From: an uncultured virus (IMG/VR IMGVR_UViG_3300025085_000013)
Lineage: Duplodnaviria; Heunggongvirae; Uroviricota; Caudoviricetes
Virus record (IMG/VR): IMGVR_UViG_3300025085_000013
Span: 1-64,000 of that record
Direction: 5' to 3' (one strand)
DNA length: 64,000 nt
The position numbers were made by a program, and so were the translations under genes. The notes under the pieces are model-generated. The model worked only from the letters and a program-made list of their open reading frames with translations. It had not been told where the DNA came from and searched no databases. Below are positions 39,853 through 50,250 of the stretch, in pieces (the stretch's first letter is position 1; each line of letters starts with the position of its first letter).

Positions 39853-41709
39853 TTAATTTCCTTGTATTGCTTTTAACGTTGGGTTATCTTTTAACCTACC
39901 TGTATTAGTACTTCTAGAATTTTTTGATGTTGCTATTGTAGTACCTCTATTTCTTTTTAAGTTATTAAATTTAGCCTGTTGTGTTTTATTATATAAGTTA
40001 TTTGGAATAGTACCTTTAAAGAATATGTTTAAAGAACTGATAGCATTTTTATTAGGGGTCTCTTCATAATAAGTACCGTTCCTATCATCCCAACCACCTC
40101 TTATTATTGCTAATTCTTCTGGTCCAATTACAACATCACCAAAGCTATCTAAACCTAACTGAGGATCTTCATCAGGCCCCAAAGTAATTTTGTTAGTTTC
40201 GATAAGAACTTTTTGATCTGTGACTGGGTCAGTTCCAAAAACAGGTATTTCATAAAAACCATCTCTGATTGCTTTTTCATTTTCTTCTGATATAAAAAAT
40301 ACATTAACAGAATCTACACCATCTACATTTTCTATAATTGCAATTAAATCTGATCTCGGAATTCTATCTCTTCTATTTACACTTATAAAATATGTACTAA
40401 GATTTTCTCTTATCTCTGCATGAATCTCATCTTTATCAAAACCTTCAACATATCTTAAAACAATATTAAGAGCATATTTTTTAATTACAGGATCATTTAT
40501 TCTAACCTCAGCTGTTACAACTTGTCGCCCACTTTCATTTAATATTTCATATACCATTTCTTTCTCATCTAAGCTTAGCGAAAATTCTTCTTGTGGAACA
40601 TTAAAATAATCCAAATCACTTGTTATCTTTTTTGCCACATCTGGTATTAAGAATAAGTATATAATATTATCATCATCTAAGTATTGATCATTTTTAGTAT
40701 TATATGCATCTACAAAAGAAAAGAAATCATATTTACTTAAATAGTAAATATAATTGTTAGGATTAGCTAAAACAAATGAATTACTCTGATATGGCGCAAT
40801 AAGCCTAGTAAACTCAGGATCTTCACTATTAGAACCAAACATTGGATTTCTTACAATATTTATTGCCAATACCTGATCCAAGTCAACTTCATTACCTTGT
40901 GCGTCTGTTGCAGGATCTTTAAATTTAATATCTAAATTACTACCACCAATGTTACCAGCAGAACCTCTAGTCTTTACATAAGTAACTCTAATAATTGATC
41001 CTAGTGCAGGTGGTTGGCCAAACTGATTATTTCCAAAAAATACTGTTAACCCACCATTAACGCTTGTCTTTACTAAAGCAGCCTCATCTCCGTTGTTCAT
41101 ATCATATAGTGAATCTACATTTCTCCATAGCTTGCCATCAACCACTACATTAACCATATATTGATCAGTAGGTTCTTTTGTAGTTAAATTATAACTTTGC
41201 AATGCTTCACCAGTTCCAGTAAAAGTTTGATCTTCAATTTCTCCTTGAATTAATTCTACATTTACAAATGCAGTTGTAGTTTTCTCTAATCTAATATAAT
41301 CGCTATCAAATTTTAAAAAATAAGATAAACTATTTTGACCTACCTCTAATGCAATGTAATTTTGTATTTGTACATAATCACCTTCCACTAATGATGATGC
41401 TGATGTATTAAGTCTTAATCCTAATATACCTTGTGCTGATATTCCTCTAGTTGGATCATGCCCTGTTAATCTAGATAAACCATATATGGATTCAATGTTT
41501 CTTGCTCTACTTATATTAAGCTCGGTAGCAACAGCCTCAATATAAAATAAAATAAGTTCACCTAAGTTAGAAACAACTGTAAGTATCTGTCCAAATGGAG
41601 ATGCAGGTGTAAATACTTCACCGGCTTGTTCATACTGTCTTTGTAGGTACTCAAATGCATCAAAGAATAACTCTGTTGCTTTAATTCTGGTTTTACTAAA
41701 AAATGACAT
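39853..41709 (-). CDS. Baseplate wedge subunit (T4 gp6 / P2 gpJ-like)
   Basis: ARNIESIYGLSRLTGH; FGNNQFGQPP...IRVTYVKTRGSAGN typical of gp6. Confidence 0.8.
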   Translation of the reverse strand: MSFFSKTRIKATELFFDAFEYLQRQYEQAGEVFTPASPFGQILTVVSNLGELILFYIEAVATELNISRARNIESIYGLSRLTGHDPTRGISAQGILGLRLNTSASSLVEGDYVQIQNYIALEVGQNSLSYFLKFDSDYIRLEKTTTAFVNVELIQGEIEDQTFTGTGEALQSYNLTTKEPTDQYMVNVVVDGKLWRNVDSLYDMNNGDEAALVKTSVNGGLTVFFGNNQFGQPPALGSIIRVTYVKTRGSAGNIGGSNLDIKFKDPATDAQGNEVDLDQVLAINIVRNPMFGSNSEDPEFTRLIAPYQSNSFVLANPNNYIYYLSKYDFFSFVDAYNTKNDQYLDDDNIIYLFLIPDVAKKITSDLDYFNVPQEEFSLSLDEKEMVYEILNESGRQVVTAEVRINDPVIKKYALNIVLRYVEGFDKDEIHAEIRENLSTYFISVNRRDRIPRSDLIAIIENVDGVDSVNVFFISEENEKAIRDGFYEIPVFGTDPVTDQKVLIETNKITLGPDEDPQLGLDSFGDVVIGPEELAIIRGGWDDRNGTYYEETPNKNAISSLNIFFKGTIPNNLYNKTQQAKFNNLKRNRGTTIATSKNSRSTNTGRLKDNPTLKAIQGN

Positions 41710-41727
41710 TAACTATTTTATTTTATT

Positions 41728-42093
41728 TTAAAACAAAGCACCAATTACTCTTCGCTCATCTATGTAAATATCTACAAGGCAACCATTTCTTTCTGCTGTA
41801 CTATAAAACTGTACTCTAACATCAACACCAAATTGGGAGCTGCTGCTATTAGAACAGTATGTTTGAATCTGTGTACTGATCCTCTGAGCAATAACTGATT
41901 CATTTAATACTAACGAAAAGATAAGGTCATCTAAGTTACATCCCATATTAGGTGCACCTAGAACATCTCCCTTGCGAGTAAATAAACAATTCTCTACTTT
42001 AAGAATAAGTTGCTGCAATTGATCTGTTACTTCAATTACATCATTATTATACTTAGGTGAATCTATGTCTCTACTGTATATTTCCTTTATCAT
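41728..42093 (-). CDS. Baseplate wedge / sheath initiator (gp25-like)
   Basis: LFTRKGDVLGAPNMGCNL matches the gp25 T.kGe....P.fG motif. Confidence 0.8.
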   Translation of the reverse strand: MIKEIYSRDIDSPKYNNDVIEVTDQLQQLILKVENCLFTRKGDVLGAPNMGCNLDDLIFSLVLNESVIAQRISTQIQTYCSNSSSSQFGVDVRVQFYSTAERNGCLVDIYIDERRVIGALF

Positions 42094-42110
42094 TGAGAAT
42101 ATTATTTTAT

Positions 42111-42119
42111 TATATATTC
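42111..42119 (-). promoter_or_regulatory. Putative late promoter GAATATATA
   Basis: 18 nt before the ATG at 42093. Confidence 0.55.
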
Positions 42120-42150
42120 TCTACATTTTTTGAGGGTATTAGATTATATT

Positions 42151-43005
42151 TTACCCCGTGTAGAAATAGTCAACACCTTCATCACCTTTTATTTCTTCTA
42201 CTATCGAATCAACCTCTTCTCGCCCTTCGCTTGAAATCAAATCATAATTAATGGTAATATTACCTGGAAGGTTAAATTGAAATGTACCTAATATTCTAGA
42301 TAATTGAATTTTTGCCATACCGATACAATATCTTATAAAAGCTTCATCTTGGAAAAGATCACAATCAGGAATAGTATTATATACTTGAAAAATACATGCA
42401 CCTTTATTTGGCAACTTACCCATAAATCTGAATTTCTTGGTCAGTCTATTGTAGTTATATGATATTTGTGGTTGTAATACCTGTCTTGCGTTATCAATAA
42501 ATTTTTCATTAATTACATAATACATAAGTTCTTCTGATCCAATTCCTGCACCGTACACATCAGAGTAAATAAATTTATCTAATGAAAAGTCTACATCACC
42601 TGCTGAAAATGATTGACTACCAAAGCCACCATCTTCTCCTGAAAATCCATTAATCTGAAATACATCGTTGACTGCCCAAATAGTACTAGGCATTTTTACA
42701 ACACCTCTAGGATTTTTTACATCATTTTCGGTTAGAGTATTTCCACCATCATTATGACTTATTCCTTGCCTAAAGTCTTTTTCGTACCATGCAGATTTAG
42801 GTAAAGCGATAAACATCTCTTCAACACTATCTTCATATATTTTATAAAAATAATCCTTTGCCCTATTTATAATATGAGCCAATTCCTTTTTTGGTACAGT
42901 AAAAGGTATTTGGCACGCAACAGTCAAATCATCATTAATTTCTTTTATGAGTGCATCTAAACATTCTTGTGCGTCTGGGTTACACCAACTTTTATTCCTA
43001 GCCAT
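42151..43005 (-). CDS. Neck protein (T4 gp13-like)
   Basis: C-terminal FIRYCIGMAKIQL...LPGNITINY...EG.EE pattern of gp13. Confidence 0.7.
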   Translation of the reverse strand: MARNKSWCNPDAQECLDALIKEINDDLTVACQIPFTVPKKELAHIINRAKDYFYKIYEDSVEEMFIALPKSAWYEKDFRQGISHNDGGNTLTENDVKNPRGVVKMPSTIWAVNDVFQINGFSGEDGGFGSQSFSAGDVDFSLDKFIYSDVYGAGIGSEELMYYVINEKFIDNARQVLQPQISYNYNRLTKKFRFMGKLPNKGACIFQVYNTIPDCDLFQDEAFIRYCIGMAKIQLSRILGTFQFNLPGNITINYDLISSEGREEVDSIVEEIKGDEGVDYFYTG

Positions 43006-43009
43006 AACT

Positions 43010-44308
43010 TTATTTAATTTTTTCTATTTCTATCACCTCAGTATTATCACCAAACCTAGCAAGCTTTGTAGCTCTACCTTGTCTAAATATACCTCCAACC
43101 ATTTCTCCACTAAAAACTCCTCTTTTGCCAAATACATAACTATCCTCACATATTACATTTCTACTAACATAAGATTCTTCTATCTTGGAATCTTCTGCAA
43201 CAGTAGCCCCAAATAAGTTAGATTCAAATATTGATGAATTTTTTAAATCGCAGCTAAAAATATCACAGTTAACAATATTGCCTTGAATTATAGAATCAAC
43301 TATATCAATTCCATTTATTTCAAAACATCTCATTAATTTAGCATCCTTTATCTGTATTCTTCCAGTGTCCGCGTCATAATTAATAAAGCCTTCATTCATA
43401 TCAGCCTTAGTAATTAAATCAAAAATCTTTTCGCGTATTTTAGGATAATACATTTCTACAATTTGATCTGCTGTTTTTAGATCAATCATTAAATGAATAT
43501 TTGGAAACTTTTCTTTAAATGAAGAATATGTTCTATAAGATTCAATAACAGTTTTATGCTTTTCTAAAATCTTATCTAAAACTTTTAGGTCAGATTCACT
43601 ATATTGAGGATTAACTAAAGTCTCATATAATGAAGTAATAAAATGTTCGGTTAGTGAGAGTATAGTAGAATATCTATTTTCATAATCCTTTCCACCTAAG
43701 TATCTAAATTCAATATAACCTTTAGGTACTTTACTAAAATTAATACCATAATACTTTTCTTTGACAAACATATAGTTTTTCCAAAGATTTTTTTCTGGTG
43801 ATGGTTGTGTCATACCACTTAAAGGTACAATAAACTTTATAGATTTTGCATAAACAGAATCTCTTCTGTTTGGAAAGGCTTCATATACTTTGTTTTCATC
43901 AAAGTTAAGTACAAATTTACCTATATCTAAATTAGACATATTTGTAATAGGGCCTAGCTTTTTACCATCAAACGCAAGGTTTATGTGGATAGAGCATCTT
44001 TCATTAGTAGAGCCATTTTCTCTAATCCATTTTAAAGCTTTAGCCATAACTAATTTAGCTTCAACAAATGGAAGTGGGCCGGTTACCAATTCAATCATAC
44101 CGGTACCACCAGAATTATCTGGTTCTAATTTAAAAGTTTCTTCGGTTGGGGTAAAGTCACTATGAGCCTTTTCCTCTATTCTGATTTTCTTATTAAGAGC
44201 TTGTGATAAGCTATCCTTCGTGAGATCTAAATTTTCATTTGAAAAAAACTCAAATTCAAATCCGATCTTTGAAGAATGTATAGCATTAAGTTGTTCGTTA
44301 GAATACAT
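43010..44308 (-). CDS. Putative amidoligase (COOH-NH2 ligase type 2) with a C-terminal beta-solenoid
   Basis: GFEFEF, DNS, ELVT, CSIHIN, KYYGIN and IEFRY motifs; C-terminal short I/C/S repeats. Confidence 0.8.
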   Translation of the reverse strand: MYSNEQLNAIHSSKIGFEFEFFSNENLDLTKDSLSQALNKKIRIEEKAHSDFTPTEETFKLEPDNSGGTGMIELVTGPLPFVEAKLVMAKALKWIRENGSTNERCSIHINLAFDGKKLGPITNMSNLDIGKFVLNFDENKVYEAFPNRRDSVYAKSIKFIVPLSGMTQPSPEKNLWKNYMFVKEKYYGINFSKVPKGYIEFRYLGGKDYENRYSTILSLTEHFITSLYETLVNPQYSESDLKVLDKILEKHKTVIESYRTYSSFKEKFPNIHLMIDLKTADQIVEMYYPKIREKIFDLITKADMNEGFINYDADTGRIQIKDAKLMRCFEINGIDIVDSIIQGNIVNCDIFSCDLKNSSIFESNLFGATVAEDSKIEESYVSRNVICEDSYVFGKRGVFSGEMVGGIFRQGRATKLARFGDNTEVIEIEKIK

Positions 44309-44325
44309 GTAGTTCCTGATTTGTT

Positions 44326-44334
44326 TATATATTC
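44326..44334 (-). promoter_or_regulatory. Putative late promoter GAATATATA
   Basis: 18 nt before the ATG at 44308. Confidence 0.55.
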
Positions 44335-44350
44335 CAAACCAGGATAAAGG

Positions 44351-45523
44351 TTATACTAAGTTCATAGTGATCTTGCGATCGCTAACATTAACACTACCAA
44401 TCTTTACATTTATAATATCACCTTTACTAAGTTCAGTGTTCTTTAATTTAGTTCTATGAACAAGTCCACTTATCCCTTTTTCTAATTCGACGAACGCCCC
44501 ATATTTAGTAACCTTAGTAACCTTACCTTCGGTAACCATCATAGGTTTGTATTTTTCATCGGCACCATCCCATAAATCAATCTTAGGACCAGCTTGACTC
44601 AAGATAATTTTTCTATCTGATATTATTTCTTTTGCCCAGAAATTTATTTCGTCACCAGGTTTAATATTTCTATTATCAAATAAACCTAAAGTCGATTCAT
44701 CCAATTCATTTTTAGGTATTAATCCAGTAAGACATTCGTTAAACTCTGCAAAAATTCCAAACTTAGTAGCGCCAGTAACAATTCCAGTAATAGGTTCTTT
44801 AATTTCTTCTCTTAGAGTTTCAACCGCAGAAGGAATCATGGTTCTTAAATATTCTCTATGGGATACTACAATAGTTTTCTTTTCGTTTGAATATGTTATT
44901 GGCATTACTATTAATTCTTTACCTACTAACTTTTCAAAATTCTGTAATTTATTAAGACCACCTAATGACCCAGGCATAAAACATTCTACTCCACCAACTT
45001 CTACCCAATACCCACCGTGAATTAATTCTTTTACTTTACCAGTAAATCCGATCGTCTTATTTCCTATAGCATTATAAATTTCATTTCGTTTAACCTCATC
45101 CAATGCATCTCCAATTGATGCATATAATGTACCTTGTTTATGCTCTTTGACTTTAATGTCAATTACCATACCAATTTCTAGTTGGTCTACTACTTCTTTA
45201 GGTTCCTTGATTAAATTACAGATGGCTGTATTTTTTCTGGATATATCAATAAGAGCTTCTGTTTTTACTTCAACTTCCTCGCCATCTATTAATTGTGTTT
45301 CTTTCTTAATATATGAAATTTCACCTTGAGTAATGTAATTTCGTAATTCTTCAGATTTCTGTAATCGTTCAGCCTCATCGTCTGCTAAATCATACATTGA
45401 CATTGCATCGGCTGCATACATTTCAGTACACATTAATTTAGTTCCTTTAGGTACTTTAACTTTAATTACTTTAGTGTCAAATGGATCATCGCTTAATTGG
45501 ATGGTGATTTCTTGTTCAATCAT
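44351..45523 (-). CDS. rpsA: Ribosomal protein S1 homolog (about four S1 domains)
   Basis: GKVKELIHGGYWVEVGGVECFMPGS...VVSHREYL; GATKFGIFAEF; KVTKYGAFVELEKGISGLVH. Confidence 0.85.
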   Translation of the reverse strand: MIEQEITIQLSDDPFDTKVIKVKVPKGTKLMCTEMYAADAMSMYDLADDEAERLQKSEELRNYITQGEISYIKKETQLIDGEEVEVKTEALIDISRKNTAICNLIKEPKEVVDQLEIGMVIDIKVKEHKQGTLYASIGDALDEVKRNEIYNAIGNKTIGFTGKVKELIHGGYWVEVGGVECFMPGSLGGLNKLQNFEKLVGKELIVMPITYSNEKKTIVVSHREYLRTMIPSAVETLREEIKEPITGIVTGATKFGIFAEFNECLTGLIPKNELDESTLGLFDNRNIKPGDEINFWAKEIISDRKIILSQAGPKIDLWDGADEKYKPMMVTEGKVTKVTKYGAFVELEKGISGLVHRTKLKNTELSKGDIINVKIGSVNVSDRKITMNLV

Positions 45524-45608
45524 TATTTTTTTTTATTAAGAGTGTTATTATAGATTTATATTTGTACATCTAATATTAGTTATACATATGAGTTAGTAAA
45601 TAGTTTCA

Positions 45609-45902
45609 TTAGGTAATTGCGCCAGTACCTGAACCTGCACCGGCACCTGCTTGAGCAACTGCGGTACCTGTTGTAGCAACAGTAGTAGCCACGACAGTAG
45701 TTACCAAGCCTGATCTTATGTAAGCATCTATAGAAGTTGATGCTTTAGCTGCAAATGTTTCTGATGCTTCTTTAATAGCTTCTACTGACTTATCCTTTCC
45801 TTCGTTACCATTAGGCTGAGATGAAATTTCAAGAAACTTATACATAGCATCAGAAAATGCAGTAATCAGCTCGTCATTTAAAATACTCTTAGTTAATGGC
45901 AT
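45609..45902 (-). CDS. Small protein following the spike gene (possible spike tip)
   Basis: 97 aa; T/A/G-rich C-terminus. Confidence 0.5.
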   Translation of the reverse strand: MPLTKSILNDELITAFSDAMYKFLEISSQPNGNEGKDKSVEAIKEASETFAAKASTSIDAYIRSGLVTTVVATTVATTGTAVAQAGAGAGSGTGAIT

Positions 45903-45934
45903 AGTTTATTAGTTTAATTTATTAATTTATATAT

Positions 45935-46831
45935 TTACAATGATTTAACCTGTTTCTTACTTAATTCATTAGGAGTCATCGGTTTTGTAGGTGGGCTAGT
46001 TGGTGCGCCTAGATTACCAACATGGGTATGTGTGTTAAATAAGGTAGTCATTAAATTACCTAGTACTAATGGCTCACTCGCGCCTTCCCCTAGTTCAATT
46101 GATGATGCATGATTAACAACCATATTTTTACAATTAATTAATGCGTCCTCGCAATTGATCTCAGTATTAGCTCCACTATTAATCGTAAATTGGGCGGAGT
46201 GTGTAAATGTTATATTTCCATCATTTAACATTACAATAGAATCACCGTTTGCATTTATTATTTCAACTGAGTTATCAGGTTTTATATTTATTGTAGTTGG
46301 ACCTTCAGTTGTTGTATAATCCATCATTAAACCTTTTTCTTCCGTAAAGAAAACTTTAATATGTTCGCCTTCTCTTTCATTAGTAACATCAGGGCTACCA
46401 GATTCTAACTCACCAGTTAAACCAAATGCAGTGTCATATATTAATACGTGTGAATTAGGATAAGCTGCCTCTATCTCCGCCTTAGTCTCATCAGAAGGGT
46501 ATAGCGACTCATGGTATACTGGTGCATAATAATTACCATTATCAAAACTTACTCTTAAAATCGTTCCTAGTTTAGGTACTGAAAATGTACCACTACCAGT
46601 GTTACTTCCACCTGAAGATGCTACAGATGGCCTAGCCCAAGGCAAAGAAGCAGTTGGCATAACAAATGCACTTGCTGGATCTTCTGGGTCTTGTCTTTGA
46701 TCCATTTTACCAAAGACTCTAATTCTACATCGCCCTTCAAATATATCATCATTAATATCTTCAACAATACCGATCCATTGTGTACCCTTAAGATTATCGT
46801 CTCTTAAATCCTTTGTTGTTAATTTCCCCAT
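45935..46831 (-). CDS. Baseplate central spike (gp5 OB-fold / gpV-like, no lysozyme domain)
   Basis: WIGIVED...GRCRIRVFG...LPWA...VPKLG.LRVSF..G...PV; C-terminal HTH metal motif FNTHTH. Confidence 0.85.
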   Translation of the reverse strand: MGKLTTKDLRDDNLKGTQWIGIVEDINDDIFEGRCRIRVFGKMDQRQDPEDPASAFVMPTASLPWARPSVASSGGSNTGSGTFSVPKLGTILRVSFDNGNYYAPVYHESLYPSDETKAEIEAAYPNSHVLIYDTAFGLTGELESGSPDVTNEREGEHIKVFFTEEKGLMMDYTTTEGPTTINIKPDNSVEIINANGDSIVMLNDGNITFTHSAQFTINSGANTEINCEDALINCKNMVVNHASSIELGEGASEPLVLGNLMTTLFNTHTHVGNLGAPTSPPTKPMTPNELSKKQVKSL

Positions 46832-46834
46832 AAA

Positions 46835-48178
46835 TTATTCAAATATGTTAGTTGAGTTAAGAGGTGGCCCAGAAGGCTGTGGTGAAAATAGTGTACCACC
46901 ATTAAAGGGTGTTTGCTCTGGGCTATCACCAAAATTATTACTAGTCTCAAGTGTTTGGCCAGAACCACCTACTGTACTTGCATCATCTCCAAATATATTA
47001 TCTGATATATTAGAGTCAAACCCTGGTGTAGTTTCTTCTTGTACTAATGCACCCTGTAAAGAACTAACTAGTCCTTGTGGATTTTGTATTGTATTTATTA
47101 TGTCATTTCTTAAACCAAACGCATTACCAAACTTAAGATTTTGTAATGCCCCAAATACCTTTCTCTGTACTAAATTTTCAACACCAACCATTTGTTTATC
47201 TAAAAACTTTTTACCCATACCTTTAGCAAGGTCACCTAGTGTCTTTGTTTCTGCTGTGTCTTTAAGAGATGAGTCATATCCTGAAAATTGAGATAATACT
47301 TCTACTTTAGCATAAGACCATTTCATTGCAGCCGTCGCCATTGAATTACTACCATCATTAGAAACATTAGCAAATGTAGTACCACTTACAGTAGGATCCC
47401 ATAAACAGTCAGTAAATCTTAAAGTTATCATTGATGCATTTTCATTAACAAACTTATCCATTTCATTATTAGGTGAGTTTGGGTTTAATGAACTAATCCA
47501 ATTTCTTACTCTTTTAAATTTTCTAATTTCTACTATTTGTATATCAACATTAAAATACATTAAGTTAACAGGAATACGATTTCTTCTGTATTTATTATCA
47601 TAACAAGCTAACTTATATAAATTAAACAAAGCAGACATTTTTAAATCTATAGCCTCTAACATACCTATTTGTATACCTTCACCTTCTGCACTTCCACCAT
47701 ACGGTGTCATATTAACTGTTTTATTCCATGCTTCCTGTAAACCTTCTATCGTTTGAAAATAATAAGGTCTTTTAGATTCAATTTCCTTTAGCCCTTGGCA
47801 AAACGCCTTCAGATAAGTTGCTAAGGTAGTTTCACCTTGTCTATTTAAATAACCTACAGCAGATCCGTTATATTCAGTTAGCATTGAATTTGAATCACCA
47901 CCGCTAAAATCATTAGGATCCTGTGGCGCTGGTATAGAAGGGCTACCTACCAATGCTCCGTTAAATAAAGCCGATGATCTATCAAACAAAAGGTTAAACC
48001 CTAAATAAGTAGGATCATCTAAACTCGTTACACCATTACCACCACCTGCAACCGAAGATGGTGTCTGCACAAAAGTTTTAGCAAAATCATAACTGTTAGG
48101 GAATGACTTCTGAAAATTTGCAGCCAAATTAGTAACGTCTTCTGGTATTTCTTGATTCCAAATGCCTGGATCTGCCAT
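46835..48178 (-). CDS. Possible tail-tube-fold baseplate protein (gp54-like)
   Basis: Position between the hub and spike genes; weak tube-fold pattern. Confidence 0.35.
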   Translation of the reverse strand: MADPGIWNQEIPEDVTNLAANFQKSFPNSYDFAKTFVQTPSSVAGGGNGVTSLDDPTYLGFNLLFDRSSALFNGALVGSPSIPAPQDPNDFSGGDSNSMLTEYNGSAVGYLNRQGETTLATYLKAFCQGLKEIESKRPYYFQTIEGLQEAWNKTVNMTPYGGSAEGEGIQIGMLEAIDLKMSALFNLYKLACYDNKYRRNRIPVNLMYFNVDIQIVEIRKFKRVRNWISSLNPNSPNNEMDKFVNENASMITLRFTDCLWDPTVSGTTFANVSNDGSNSMATAAMKWSYAKVEVLSQFSGYDSSLKDTAETKTLGDLAKGMGKKFLDKQMVGVENLVQRKVFGALQNLKFGNAFGLRNDIINTIQNPQGLVSSLQGALVQEETTPGFDSNISDNIFGDDASTVGGSGQTLETSNNFGDSPEQTPFNGGTLFSPQPSGPPLNSTNIFE

Positions 48179-48195
48179 TTATAATTTTGTTTTTT

Positions 48196-48204
48196 TATTT
48201 ATTC
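48196..48204 (-). promoter_or_regulatory. Putative late promoter GAATAAATA
   Basis: 18 nt before the ATG at 48178. Confidence 0.55.
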
Positions 48205-48205
48205 A

Positions 48206-49693
48206 TTATGTAGATGGTGTTACCTCTCGTCTACGTAAATGTATTCTTTGTTTTAATACTGAACCACCGGTTGGAGAATTTTTAATTAAAAAATACTCTA
48301 AACCAGTAATAACGTAAAACCCACTAAGATATTCATTAATAATACCATTTTGGCTTTTCTTGTCATCACCGTCAATATCAGACCTACGGACAGAATCATT
48401 TGGTGCATCTTCATTATTACTAGGTGCAGTTAATACACTTTTTACATTTTGCCCGTATTCATATATTAGACAATACATTCTACTATATCTTAAAATAGCA
48501 GGATTAACCGTATCTAATTCTATGGTCATTCCTAGCTTATTAATCTCTGCAAGATTTTGAAAATTTTGTATAGATGCATAATAATAATTATCATGAACAT
48601 TATCACCTTGTGTACCTAAGAATTTAAATTTAACCTGCTCATTCCTTGGGCCTTCTACTTCACCATTAATTGTTCTACCCTTAGTTACAGGTATCATACC
48701 TGGTGTATCATTTGTTATAGGATCTACAAATTCACTTATAAATTCTTTTGCATTTAAATCCCAATATTGTGTATATCTTTTATATCCGTTATTTTTGCTA
48801 ATTTTACCACTTTTGTTAACTTGTTGATAATTTGCAATGTATCTTGCACTACCTTGTGTTTGTAAATTATTTGTTAACATATTAGGAAATGTCATATCAC
48901 TTTCATTTTCATCACCACTTCCTATTGTGTCTATTGCATTTTGTTGAAATTGCTGAGATGTTTCTATATCATCTTCTTGTCCAAAAAACTTATTAGCATC
49001 AACAAAAGTTAAATAGTAGTAAGGATCTATATAAGAAGTAAAAAAAGATTCATCATTCAAATAAGCATTTGAAGTTATGTCTTGTATAAACCTTTGTGAA
49101 GTATCATATGGATTTGTCCAAATCTGTTGATCTGCTGTTTCTTCTACGTTAGATGCATACCCTAGTTTTAATTCCTCTGCAATAGACAGTAAAGAATTCC
49201 AACTATTATTATCTTGAAATTGTACTTTTTCTGTAAATAGGTTAGGAACATGCATTCTTCCTTCAACTAAAAGTTCGGGTGGTTTGTTTGTAACGCCACC
49301 ACCACCAAGAGGTCTTATATCCTCAACGGTAAAATCAATTCTTATAGGTTTAAATGTATCTTCATTACCTTGTGATCTTATATACACTTGAATGATATCA
49401 CCATCTTTAGGAAAAAATCTAGCGGTAAATAAACCATCTCTATCAGTAAATGTAAATCTACAAGTAGGATAAAAACCAACTGACCTCAATTCAAAAGTAT
49501 TTAAACGATCACCTTGTACAGTATAACTATTAATTACAATCGTTGGTACAATAGATGAAAATTTAGAAGGTTTTTCTTTCATCGTTTGCCCTTCCGAGTT
49601 TTCAGATCCGCTCTCAAGATCAACTATTTCTAACTCGTCAAGTTCTATCGTCGGCTCTATTACAGTTAATATGTTTCTTTCTACAGTTGACAT
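48206..49693 (-). CDS. Baseplate hub protein (gp27-like)
   Basis: C-terminal YLSGFYVITGLEY...IHLRR pattern; between the gp53-like and spike genes. Confidence 0.5.
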   Translation of the reverse strand: MSTVERNILTVIEPTIELDELEIVDLESGSENSEGQTMKEKPSKFSSIVPTIVINSYTVQGDRLNTFELRSVGFYPTCRFTFTDRDGLFTARFFPKDGDIIQVYIRSQGNEDTFKPIRIDFTVEDIRPLGGGGVTNKPPELLVEGRMHVPNLFTEKVQFQDNNSWNSLLSIAEELKLGYASNVEETADQQIWTNPYDTSQRFIQDITSNAYLNDESFFTSYIDPYYYLTFVDANKFFGQEDDIETSQQFQQNAIDTIGSGDENESDMTFPNMLTNNLQTQGSARYIANYQQVNKSGKISKNNGYKRYTQYWDLNAKEFISEFVDPITNDTPGMIPVTKGRTINGEVEGPRNEQVKFKFLGTQGDNVHDNYYYASIQNFQNLAEINKLGMTIELDTVNPAILRYSRMYCLIYEYGQNVKSVLTAPSNNEDAPNDSVRRSDIDGDDKKSQNGIINEYLSGFYVITGLEYFLIKNSPTGGSVLKQRIHLRRREVTPST

Positions 49694-49695
49694 AA

Positions 49696-50238
49696 TTAAT
49701 TAGACTGAGTAGTTTTCTTAGATGGTAAATTCGTACCTAATTGTATTGAACCACCTTCGTATGTTTTTGATTCCTGGCCAGGCTGTAGCATATTAGGCGG
49801 CATTGGTTGTGATACGCCAGCAGGACTCTGTTTAGCTTTTTCAATTAATCTTTGAATTCTTGATTGATCTTTTTCACTCTGTCTTCCTGTATCTACATAT
49901 GCTTCTTGTACTTCATTAGGTCTACTTGCAGGATTAGGTCTTTTATAAACTAAGTTAGGATCTCTTAAATTTGGAATCCATAATATATCACCTTCGTTAA
50001 CACTAAACGGATTAAAGATATTGTTAACAATACATAATGCATCAACGAATTCCCCACTGCCATAATAAATTTCAGATATTTTGTCAATGCGACCTATCTG
50101 ATCTGGTAACACATAATGCAAAGCCTTTACACCTAATTCATAATCATAAATAAATGATGGTGCAGTAAGGTCCCAATATCCTTCACCAGTTTCATCTATT
50201 ATTAATCTATTTTTTAATGCTAATGATTTTATATCCAT
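49696..50238 (-). CDS. Baseplate wedge gp53/LysM-like protein
   Basis: GRIDKISEIYYG...LCIVNNIFNPFSVNEGDILWIP. Confidence 0.75.
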   Translation of the reverse strand: MDIKSLALKNRLIIDETGEGYWDLTAPSFIYDYELGVKALHYVLPDQIGRIDKISEIYYGSGEFVDALCIVNNIFNPFSVNEGDILWIPNLRDPNLVYKRPNPASRPNEVQEAYVDTGRQSEKDQSRIQRLIEKAKQSPAGVSQPMPPNMLQPGQESKTYEGGSIQLGTNLPSKKTTQSN

Positions 50239-50250
50239 GTGATTAGTTTT

